Shown one piece after another: positions 17,201 to 27,100 of a stretch of 59,397 bases of DNA. The position numbers were made by a program, and so were the translations under genes. Location of the stretch: the NCBI GenBank assembly GCA_958009085.1, contig OY253675.1, positions 1,178,001 through 1,237,397 on the forward strand, written 5' to 3'. How positions within the stretch are numbered: position 1 is the first letter of the stretch; each line of letters starts with the position of its first letter. The notes under the pieces are model-generated. The model saw only the letters and a list, made by a program, of their open reading frames with translations. It had not been told where the DNA came from and did no database searches. This DNA is from Protoeuglena noctilucae. Taxonomy: Eukaryota.

Positions 17201-17259
17201 CGCAGCCGCGGGACAGGTGAGAGGGTGGGCGGGTGCGCAAGGGGCGGGGGAGGTGTTGT
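14237..17259. repeat. Right arm of ~3-kb inverted duplication
   Basis: Near-identical reverse complement of 10833-13851; the few differences seen are distal, mostly +1 G in homopolymers. Confidence 0.95.
15473..17218 (+). pseudogene. Truncated second copy of ADC synthase 5' half
   Basis: Same ATG and GATase exons as the minus-strand gene; frameshifting G insertions distally; lacks the C-terminal PabB exons. Confidence 0.8.
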
Positions 17260-17817
17260 AATGGGGCGTGTGAGGGACAGTCATGGCGAGGACGCGCGCG
17301 CATCGCGGATTGGCAGCCACCGCTGCGGTGGCACCCCAAGAGCTCAGGAATGATGCGGTTCACGGGCGCACACATCGACGCAGTGGCCGAGGGGATGATT
17401 GAGAAACCGGGGATTCAAGGTTATCCAACAGGACCCCGCAGCCTTGAAGGACAGTAACCGCGCGCTTTCCAGCTAGCGCGTAGTGCTTGCCAAGGCCTGC
17501 GCCACGCAGCATCGCACGCCCGACCGTCATGCGGGAGACTGCGCTTAGGAAGGTGAGAGATGATGGGCTGCTTAGTGCGAGGCACCCCAATGTCGATGTG
17601 GGGCCTGGGAGTGGCCATCGGATGTCGCCACTCCTCAGCGCCCACATCACCACGGGGGCCTTGGCCAGGGCACCTGCCTTATCTAATTTTGCTATGCGGA
17701 GGGTTGGCAGTACCAGACGGCGGGGGCGCCGTGCCGCACACCCTTGTGTGGGGCCTGAGTGCCCTTGTCATTGGCGCACGAGTGCAGCCCCCGCGCGGCG
17801 GTCTTGTTGCAGCGGGC

Positions 17818-17929
17818 TGGCTGGCGTGCGCCGGCTGCCGGGGATGTCGCCGCGCCTGCGTCTCGCCTGGAACAGATTGTACGTGTAGCTGTCGTAGTTG
17901 TCCACCAACAGGCACCGGAGGGACATGGT
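17818..17929 (-). pseudogene. Third 112-bp fragment of ADC synthase exon 1 plus start of intron 1
   Basis: Matches 12507-12618 in the same orientation with one substitution. Confidence 0.9.
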
Positions 17930-18151
17930 TGTGCACGCCATGCTGGTTGAAGGTGCTGCTGCAGGCCGGCTCTGAGGGCGATGGGCGCGGAGGTTACGCG
18001 TGGGACACCGCGTATCTTTATCTGGATGGCTGGCGAGACAGGAGGCGGAAAATTTAGAGGAGGGAGCCCAGTTGGCCCGCCCCAGTCAGCTGTTTCATTC
18101 GCGGGGAGGGCTCTGGTTCATAGTTCTTGAACTCCACTTCCTATACTTTGG

Positions 18152-18223
18152 GATGCCGTGGCGCAGTGGAAGCGCAGTTGCTTTACACGCAAAAGGTCGT
18201 CGGTTCGAACCCGACCGGCGTCA
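18152..18223 (+). tRNA. trnV-UAC: tRNA-Val(UAC)
   Basis: Acceptor GATGCCG/CGGCGTC+A, D arm GCGC/GCGC, anticodon loop TT-TAC-AC, T arm GTCGG-TTCGAAC-CCGAC. Confidence 0.95.
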
Positions 18224-18247
18224 CACGGCCTGTGGAACATACAAGCG

Positions 18248-18356
18248 AACCCTTGGCGGAAGCCGCGCAGGTTCGAATCCTGCCGAACACGGTCTCTCCC
18301 GGATGGATTCTGGGACGACGTGTTCGTCGCCTAGTGGCTATGGCGAGGGTCTTGAA
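18248..18356 (+). tRNA. trnS-UGA: Circularly permuted tRNA-Ser(UGA): 3' half 18248-18291, 28-nt intervening hairpin, 5' half 18320-18356
   Basis: 5' half GTGTTCG-TC-GCC-TAGTGGCTAT-GGC-G-AGGGT-CT-TGA-A (37 nt). 3' half A-ACCCT, long variable arm GGC-GGAA-GCC, GCAGG-TTCGAAT-CCTGC, CGAACAC-G. The acceptor (7 bp) and anticodon (5 bp) stems pair perfectly across the halves; G73 and the long arm fit Ser. Confidence 0.93.
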
Positions 18357-18365
18357 TGTCGGGCC

Positions 18366-18385
18366 TTTTTGCTTTTTTTGTTTTT
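18366..18385 (+). terminator. RNA polymerase III T-run terminator
   Basis: T5-GC-T7-G-T5 just after the permuted tRNA trailer, in otherwise GC-rich DNA. Confidence 0.85.
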
Positions 18386-18391
18386 CCCGCG

Positions 18392-18487
18392 CCCCGGGGT
18401 GTCAGCTGCCCCGGGGGACGGCACTTCTGCCGCAAGGCGTGGCTCTGAGAGTCATAGCACCCCTCGACTGTTGAATCGCTCATCATC
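18392..18487 (+). mobile_element. Retroposon-like repeat, copy 1 (5'-truncated)
   Basis: Identical to the 3' part of copies 2 and 3; ends in TCATCATC; no clear TSD. Confidence 0.65.
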
Positions 18488-18610
18488 TCCGGGGGACGGC
18501 GCCCCTGTCGCGACCACGCCATGGACCCGCTCGGTGCTGCGGCACCCGGCGCTGGTGCCGCTGTGGACCGAGGCGCAGAGGCTCGCGGCGGGCCTCGACA
18601 TCACTTGGGA

Positions 18611-18722
18611 CTGCAACGATGGAAACCCCGGGGTGTCAGCTGCCCCGGGGGACGGCACTTCTGCCGCAAGGCGTGGCTCTGAGAGTCATAGCACCCCTCG
18701 ACTGTTGAATCGCTCATCATCA
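18611..18722 (+). mobile_element. Retroposon-like repeat, copy 2, with 16-bp target-site duplication
   Basis: Flanked by TCGACATCACTTGGGA at 18595-18610 and 18723-18738; (TCA)n tail. Confidence 0.8.
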
Positions 18723-18764
18723 TCGACATCACTTGGGAGCACGTGCCACGGGAGCAGAACGATA

Positions 18765-18900
18765 CTCCAAGGTCGTCAGCGTGATGGGCCAAGGTCGTCA
18801 GCGTGACAGGCCAAGGTCATCTGGGCGTGTGGGGGCGAGGAGATGAGGGACGGGCCAAGGCCGACGGACGCGGGAGAGGACGGGCCAAGGGCCAAGGTTG
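18765..18900 (+). repeat. Short degenerate minisatellite with a recurring (GG)CCAAGG core
   Basis: CCAAGGTCGTCAGCGTGA twice plus further GGCCAAGG units. Confidence 0.7.
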
Positions 18901-18942
18901 ACGTGCGGGAGCGAGGAGCGGGGTCGCGTCGTGGGTCTCTGG

Positions 18943-19543
18943 GCACACGGCCGAGTGGGTCGTGCCGGCGCACGCACCCGGAGCGGGGCGGTCTGGGGCG
19001 GTCCATATGAGAGGCAGCCGGCCCTCAGGGGCGCCGCGTGGGCGAGCGGGGCGCCCAGGGGCAACGCTGCGCCCCCCAAGGAACGCCGTCTGCGTTCGGA
19101 CCGTCCCCACCGCCCTCGCGTCCGGGCCAGCGTCGCCGGGTGGGCGAGCCAGCCGGGCCGCCTGAGGAGGATGGGAGGAGGGTAGGGAGCGGGGGATGTC
19201 ATGATTGGCCGCACATAAGCTACACAGATCGTCATTAGCCTCGGCCTCACCTTTTGTAATAGACGCCCGGGGGTCTCCACGGAGGGCCCCCGCGGCTGCA
19301 TCGTCCCACTCTGGGACGGCGATTCTGCCTTCGGGCGCAGCGAGGGGGCTAGGGGTGCAAGAATCCGGGGTGGGCGACCCCTTTGCCTTCGGGTGGGGCA
19401 ACCTAGCGGGGGCGGGTCTTAGTGCCGATGCACTGCAACGATGGAAACCCCGGGGTGTCAGCTGCCCCGGGGGACGGCACTTCTGCCGCAAGGCGTGGCT
19501 CTGAGAGTCATAGCACCCCTCGACTGTTGAATCGCTCATCATC
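18943..19543 (+). mobile_element. Retroposon-like repeat, copy 3, putative longer (~600 bp) non-coding element
   Basis: The 3' 111 bp (19433-19543) are identical to copy 2; candidate 11-bp TSD TGGGTCTCTGG at 18932-18942 and 19544-19554. Confidence 0.6.
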
Positions 19544-19997
19544 TGGGTCTCTGGCGAAAAACGGCCCCCGCGCGCCGTCGCGCCTGCCGAGGCACGCATC
19601 CTGCTTAGCAAGCGCACACGCGCCGGATGCGGCCTCAATGCCTACACCGTACAGCCGCACAGCTGTATCGCCACTCAAGTGTCGTGCGGCCGGCCCTTTC
19701 GGACCCAAAACGACTCGGCGCGGACGCAGGGAAGGCCTTGGGCAACGTGCTGCGGTAGCCCTGCGTTTTCGTTCGCGCAATCGTGACTGTTGGCTCAGGG
19801 TTGCACGCACTTGTTCTGACAGGATGCGCTGCGCCGGGTCCGAGACCGCGAAAGGCGCCCTGGCAGCGCTGGGGCCCGCCAGTCCTGCCAGTGCACCTGC
19901 GTCGTGCCCATGTCGGAATGGCCTAAAGCTGGCGCGCATCCGGGCCCCACGGTCGGAGCCCAGGCAGCAATGCCGCGATTCACAGCGGGTGCTACGC

Positions 19998-21912
19998 CTA
20001 CCCCGGGGTGCCCCCCCCCCGCGGCTTGTTGGTCTTGGCCGCCGCGGCCGCGCGCCTCTTGATGGCGTCCCTGTCGGTGCCGTACTCGCCCTCGTCGTCG
20101 CTGCTGCTCCCCGACCCCCCGGACGTGTACCCCCCGTAGGGCTCCAGGCCCTGGTGCACGAGCTTGGCCTCCAGGTACGCCCCCTGCGCGGCCGCGGGCG
20201 CCTGCTCCTCCTGCTGCCGCCGCCACTGCACCACGGCCCGCAGCGCCGCGCCCGTGACCGCCGGGTCCCGCGGCAGCACCGACTGCAGCCGGGCGAGGTG
20301 GTCGGCGCAGGCGGCCAGGGTGGCGTCGACCGCCACCGCGGGGCCGTGGGGCACGGGGGGCCCCACCGCCGCGCGCGTCACCACGGCCGCCACGTGCGAC
20401 GCCCCCGCCCGCAGCTCCAGCAGCGTGCGCCGCAGCCGCTCCAGCTGCCGCCGCGCCCCCTCCGCCTCCGCCTCCAGCTGCGCCTGCTCCTGCCTCATGG
20501 ACTCCACCCTGGCCTTGGCGCTCGACGCCTGCACCACCGAGAACCGCAGCGTGTCCAGCTCCCCCTGCTCCCGCTCGATGCGCGCCGCCAGGTCCTCGAT
20601 GCGCTCCTCCGCCGCCATGCGCTGCCGGGCCAGGGACAGCGACGTCTTCTGCGAGGCCTGAAACTTGGACACCACCTCCTCGGGGTTGTCTGCCCCCGTC
20701 AGCTCCTTGATCTGACGCTGGGGGAAAGGGGGAAGCGGGGGATGCAAGTGGAGAGAGGGGCGCCCATGGCAGAGCGCAGACGAGTGCCACGCATGCAGAA
20801 CTAAGCTGGCTCATTTCGCTGAGAACAGACATGCAGGGCCGTCTCTCAGAGCCGCCCCTTGCACTCTCTCTCACCAGCGCCTCCTCCAGCTCCATGAGGG
20901 TCGTCTGGTCGTCCTCCCCCTGCGTCCCCCTCTGGCTCTCCCTCCCCGCCACCTGCGCCCGGCTCTCCTGCGCGATCTGCTGCATCACGCGCAGGCGGGG
21001 GTTCTCCCGCAGCTGGTCGGCCGTGCGCGCCTGCATGCCCCGGGCCGCCTGCCGCGTCTGCAGGACCTGCCGCCGCTTCTCCATCATCCCCCGCGCCATC
21101 CGGCTCTCCTCCCGCTGCTGCTGCTCCCGCAGGTCCCACAGGTCCCGCCGCGCCGCGTCCCGCCCGTGCTTGGCGTCCGCCTCCATCAGCGCCAGCTCGT
21201 GCAGGTCCGTCCGCAAGGCGTCCAGGTTGGTCTCCAGCGCCGCCAGCTGCGAGTCGAACGTCACCCGCTCCTCCCGCAGCCGCGCAAGGATCTGCTCGTA
21301 CGTCCGACGGATCGACAGCGCCTCCCCGTGCTTGAGCGCCACCTTCTCCAGGCGGTTCTCCAGCTGCCGCAGCGCACGCAGCTCCGGCTCGTGCTGCTCG
21401 TCCAGCGACTGCACCACGCGCGCCTGCTGCGACAGCTGCCGTGTCTCGCTCTGGCGCTCCCGCAGCAGCGACCGCAGACGCGTGCGCTCCTGCACCAGCT
21501 CGTCGTGGCGGCGGCGAAGGCCATGCTCCTGCCGCAACAGCTTCTCAATCTCTTTCGAGACGGGCAGGCGCTGCGTGCGCTGGCGCTGCGGGAAGGGGGG
21601 AGGCCGCGGGTCACTGCGTGTTCGCCCGGTGCACGGAAACACAGCTGCCGGCCCTGCGCGTGCCCCGCGCCCCTCGCCTTGGCCACCGCGCTGGCTCTCA
21701 AGCGCTCTTTGAGGCTCTTATTCTCCTCCTTCAGCTGCTGGATGGTGTTCTGGTTGGTCTGGATGGTCCAATGTGAGACCTCAAAAAAGGCCCGCTGGTC
21801 CTCCTCTGCGGGCTCGCGGCACGGTCAGCACATTGCACGCTTTAAAGGGCTTGCGGGACCAGCGTAGAGATGCGGAATGCCTCCGCCGCTGCGACTCACT
21901 CTCGTTCATCAT
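19998..21912 (-). CDS. Outer dynein arm docking complex coiled-coil subunit (ODA3/DC1, CCDC151-like)
   Basis: DQRAFFEVSHWTIQTN..LKEENK, LRQLENRLEKVALKHGEALSIRRTYEQILARLREERVTFDSQLAALE and QIKELTGADNPEEVVSKF. Start uncertain. Confidence 0.8.
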
Positions 21913-22860
21913 GCGACGCGAGGGACAGGGCCCCCGGCCCCCGCCCGCGCAGCGGGTTCACCGCGCCTCACGGGCAGCCGATGGAAGGACTGTGAGAGAA
22001 GGGACGGAGGGGTCGGCATGTTCGCATCTACGGCCCAGCGCGGCGGGGCGATGCAGAAATGTCGTGCAGTGCAGGCGCGCGGTTGTGGTGCTCTCGCGCC
22101 AGCGCCAGTCGTGAGGACGGGCGCGGCATATCACTGACCCTACGACAGCGCAGACGCGGGGATGTTGTGCTGCCCCTGCGGTCCTGGGCGCTGGGCTGGG
22201 CTCGGGGGATTTAACTGGTCGACTGCGCGAGGGAGGAAAGCCTGGGACACGCGGTAGCGAGCCTGAGCTCCATGGCTTCAAATAGGTCACTCCACCACAC
22301 CCGGACGATGCTGGCCACACGAGGGCGAAGCCATGCGTCTCGGGTTTCGGGCGTCGGGCGGAGCGGTGTCGGGGGGACATCGCCGTCACACGCGCGTGCG
22401 GGGACGCATATTTGTTCCCTAGCCAACGTGTGTCCGCTCAAGTGCACCGGAACCCCGAGAGACAGCTCGCGAGAGTTACATCGAGCCCACAGCCGGCCCG
22501 GACGTGCATCCTCCCGACCCCGGCTCATAAGCGAGCGTTTCTTTCGGGTGAGCCAGCTGAGGGTCACAGCGTGCGTGCGAGGCTGCTTCTGCGGCGCGGA
22601 GGCGGCGCGGCGCCCCGCACGCCAGCTCGCATGTGGGGGGATGCCGAGGCGCCCCCGGTGGGCGCCGGGCTCGCAGGAGTCCCGCGGGGGCTGGCTTTCG
22701 AAGCTTTGATGACGAAACGTCCCGCGCGGACACGTTGCTCCTCGCGGGGGCTCGCAAGCGCCTGGTTCCCATCTCCCCATGACGCTTTCGCTGCAGGGCC
22801 GCGTTCAAGGGCGGGGCGTGCGACGGCGCGGGCGCGCAGGGGCCCAGGAGGCGGGGAAAG

Positions 22861-23886
22861 ATGTTCAAGAACACCTTCCAATCGGGATTCTTGTCCATCC
22901 TGTACAGCATTGGCAGCAAGCCCCTTCAGATCTGGGACAAGCAGGTCCGCAATGGCCACATCAAGCGCATCACCGACCAGGTGAGCGCCGCGCTTGAGCA
23001 TGGCGTCAGAAAGTCGACACGAGCTCTCCGGTCCCGCCGGGCCTCGGTCGGGGCCTCCGGGGCGGGGAGCGAACGTCTCAGGGTGGTCCCCCTCCGCCCG
23101 GACACACCCCGGCGCCTTACGCCCGGAGCTCCCGCGCCGTGCCTTATCTTCGAATGTAGTGGCTGTGCCGCGTCCCTCTCGCCGCGCCGCGGCTCGGGGG
23201 CCAGGGGAGCGCCTGGGGCCCCACATGCGCCATGTCCGGCCCTCCCCCTCCGCGCCCGCAGGACATCCAGTCCTCCGTGCTAGAGATCATGTCGACGAAC
23301 GTCTCGACGACGTATATCACGTGCCCGGCGGACCCCCAAAAGACCCTGGGCATCAAGCTGCCCTTCCTGGTGATGATCATCAAGAACCTGAAAAAGTACT
23401 TCTCCTTCGAGATCCAGGTGACCCGCGGGGGCGCAGCTGGGTCCGCATGAGACCACAGAGATGGACTGCGGGCACGCGAGGCCCGCGGGACCCGCACGCG
23501 GCGCCCCGGCCCGGGCCCTTTGAATGCACATGGGCCGCCCCCGCCGCGCGGGCGCCCGGCCCGAACGCCGCCCTCTCCCCGCCCCGCAGGTCCTTGATGA
23601 CAAGAATGTGCGCCGGCGGTTCCGCGCGTCCAACTACCAGAGCACCACGCGCGTCAAGCCGTTCATCTGCACCATGCCCATGCGCCTGGACGAGGGATGG
23701 AACCAGATCCAGTTCAACCTCAGCGACTTCACGCGCCGCGCGTACGGCACCAACTACGTTGAGACGCTGCGCGTCCAGATCCACGCCAACTGCCGCATCC
23801 GCCGCATCTACTTCTCCGACCGCCTCTACTCCGAGGAGGAGCTCCCCGAGGAATTCAAGCTCTACCTGCCCGTGCAGAAGTCGTAG
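22861..23886 (+). CDS. CFAP20: Cilia- and flagella-associated protein 20 (BUG22), 3 exons
   Basis: [39 protein letters not shown]...[22 protein letters not shown]. Confidence 0.98.
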
Positions 23887-24104
23887 ACAGGACGCCAAAG
23901 GGGTCTATGGGGAACGCGGTTGCCACGCGCCGACGGAGCAGGCCCACGTTTGCTGGCGCATACGCGCGCATGTCTCATGAGCCTGGCGCCGCTGGGGGCT
24001 TTGGCCGCCCGGTGTTCGCTTGCGAGGGCGGTGCATCTGCCCCAGACGCTGCGATTGAAATTCTTGAGAACGACCTATCCCTGACACAACGACGACGTGT
24101 CATG

Positions 24105-27100
24105 TCAGGCCGCCCCTCGCTTCGCTTTCTTCTCCTTCCCCTCCCTCTTCTTGCTCTTCTTGTAATCAACCTTCCCCTCGCCGGCCTCCCCCTCTCCCTC
24201 CACTGCGTCGCCTCTCTTCCCCTCCCCCTCCCGCCCGCGCTGCTTCTTCCCACCCCCCGCCCCACCCGCCTCTCCCATCCCATCCACCGTGACAACATCA
24301 CCCCTCTTCTTCCCCTTCTTTCCCTTCTTCCTCCCCTCCCCCTCCCCCGCATCCCCCACTGCCAGACCCCCCACATCCTCCTCTACCTCCAGAAGCCCAC
24401 CCATGTCCCCATCACCACCACCATCGCCACCCCCGCCTTCGCCCTCGCCCTGCCCATCCCCCCCACGCCGACGCTTCCTGCGGCGCAACAATGACACCAG
24501 CCCACTCGCCCATATCATGGCCACACACCAACCCCGCTCTGCAGACCCCCCATGCAGATGCACACGCGCGCCCCCCCACCTGCCCTTGCCCCGTTTCTCT
24601 CCCCCCTCCTCTCCCTTCAGTGCCCTGGCAAACACCGCCTCCATCGCCGCATCCACGTCCGCCCCCTGTCCCTGCGTCCCCTTCTCACGCCGCTCCCGCG
24701 CCCTCCCCCCGAACCCCAGCATCGCCATCACCTCATCCACCACCGCCCCGCCCACCCCCATCGCACGGTGCACCGCCTCCCTCGTACCACCCTTGGTACC
24801 ACCACCGCCCTTGTCACCCTTCGCCCCCCCGCCCTCTCCGCCCCCCGTCTCCTTGGCTCCACCAAACAGCGACTCGTACTCTGCCATCGTCTCACGCGCC
24901 CTCTCTGCGTTTCTAGCCCACGCGTCCCGCGACTGCCGCAGCCCCGCCACGTCGCACTTGCGCAGGAGGGGAGGGCCCCAGCGGAGGCGGGACTAGGGTG
25001 CAAGGGAGACGGGTGCGTGTGGGTGAGGGGGTGAGGTGTGTCGATGCTGCCAGTCACAGATCTGTGTAAGCGCTAGTCATTTACCACTTAGGCAACCGGT
25101 TCCTCTCACCAGCACCTACCCAGCACCCCTTAGCTCTCACCAACACCCACCAGCACCCCCCGTTCCTCTCACCAGCACCCCCTCCTTGTCCCCCAGCTCC
25201 CCCGCAATGGCCTCCCGGTCCGCCACCGCCCCCGCGTCAAAGCACCGCTCCACCGTCCGCGCCCCCGCCCCCGACCGAATGGCCAGCTCTGCATACGACC
25301 CTTTTAGTGCAGACAGCACCGATGCCTTGGCCTTGGCACCCGCACCCGATGACAGGAAAGCCTCGATGCACCGACAGCCACCACGGTCCATGGCCAGCTG
25401 GGGGGAGAGAGGAGTGGGACTACTAGAGGGTGAGACATGTTAAATGCTGCCTCAAAGACATGGTAATGGTATTAATGGACACCATGCACCGCCAACCACT
25501 GACAGCGCTACCATCGCTCATAACGGTAATCTTATCGCAGTGACCACATTCCTGCGTCCCCCTCACCGTCACGAGGTCCTCCTGGGGCTGTGCGGCCATG
25601 CTGGGGGGGGGGGGGGGGGGGGGCAGTGAGTGAGTGGTCAGAAGCAGCAAGTAGGCAATGCAAGCTAGGGCTGTTAAGAGTGTCATGTCAATCACTGCAT
25701 GACTCCTCCCCACCCACTGCGCTGCCCCCCACCTGTCTGCGAATGGCTGGCAGTCCGCGTAGGGCATCCCCAGCACCCCCTGCAGGATGCTGCATCCCAG
25801 CACCGACAGGCGGGGCTCGGGGGCACGCGCGGGCTTGCCTTTGCGCTTCTGGCTGCGGGGGCGGGGCACAGGGGACATTCATATGCACATTCGAATAGAA
25901 ATGGCATTGAAAACACCGAGTCACAGCCACGCATAAGCAGCGTCACCTCGGCACTCGTCACTATCTCCCCACCACCCTGCTCGCCCCTCACCTCTTGGTG
26001 CGCTCACAACTGCATATAAGCAATACTGCATGGACACTTGTCGCTATAAGCCCATGCGTCTGCCTGCCTCTCACCTCTTGGTGCGCTCCACTTCGTAGTC
26101 GGTCGCCCTGTCCCCCGCCGCCTCCAGCCCCGCCCTGACACCCTCGGGGTCCTTCACCAGACCCTGACAGGGTGGGAGAGACCATGGGACATTGCAACAG
26201 AAACGCGCGGTTACAATCACGGCATATGGATGCTGTGCATTCACGCGTGCCCACCACTCATGGCACCCGATCAGCACACGAACGCACCGTCACCCAGCAG
26301 AAGCACAGCATAGTACCTATGCTGTGTACACTCATACCAACCACGCCCCTCACCGTCAGCACCAGGCACGGCACCAGCGCCCGCACCCCCCTCTTGGCCG
26401 CCTTGGGGTGCCCCTCTTTCAGTGCACCCCTCAGCGCCTCGCACGCGGCGCGGCACCCTGCCCCCAGCCTGGCGCTGGCGTGCACGGCCGCTGCCACCAC
26501 CCCTCCCCTGCCGTGCTGCAGCAGGTGGGGGAAGTCACCCGCCAACTCACTCAACTGCGAAGGGACAACAAAAGGTGTGGCATTTTGTAGAAGACGGGAG
26601 GGGGTGAGTGAGCACCGGGGATGCCACGACACGCAGAGACTGCCATATGGGGGTAAGTTATCGACCACCCTCCATGTGCTCATGCCAAACACCATAGTAC
26701 TGCCCTTCGCCCATCGTCTGCCACAAAACCATAGTCATCCTTGCCAGTCCACTCGCGTCCCCTCACCATGGCCTCCAGGTCTGCCTGGCTGGGCGTGGAG
26801 GACAGTGCCGCCTGCAGCACAAAGTTGGCGTGGGGGTGGCGCGCCAGGCGGGGGGCGCGGCCGACGACGAAGCGCGCCACGAACTCCGAATGAAGGGGGG
26901 CGGGGCACACGGCCAGCACCGCCTGCGTGGGAGAGGGGAGAGATGGGAGGTGGGGGTGCATGGGTGGTAGTGGTAACGAACACACAGTCTGCATGGGTGC
27001 GGATGGGAATGGGTAACGAACACACACTTTGCATGGGTAAACATGGGCAGTGGTGATGCGCACACCATGCATGGCCAGGACCGTTTCATTCAGGATCTCT

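Noticed and set aside
18680..18692. 11-nt complement (GAGAGTCATAG) to LSU rRNA helix 69
   Set aside because: Short match not positioned upstream of a D/D' box; may be chance.
18611..18722. Hammerhead ribozyme (GAAA...CTGAGA)
   Set aside because: The core is non-canonical: no CUGANGA, no UH cleavage site after stem III, and stem II does not close.
18765..18900. CRISPR-like array from recurring GGCCAAGG units
   Set aside because: Eukaryotic context, irregular short units, no cas genes.
18392..19543. The triplicated unit as a minus-strand box C/D snoRNA (GATGATGA...CTGA, ~86 nt)
   Set aside because: The apparent C box is the reverse complement of the (CAT)n tail. The TSDs and variable 5' ends fit retroposition better, and no convincing guide next to a D box was found. 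Not fully excluded.
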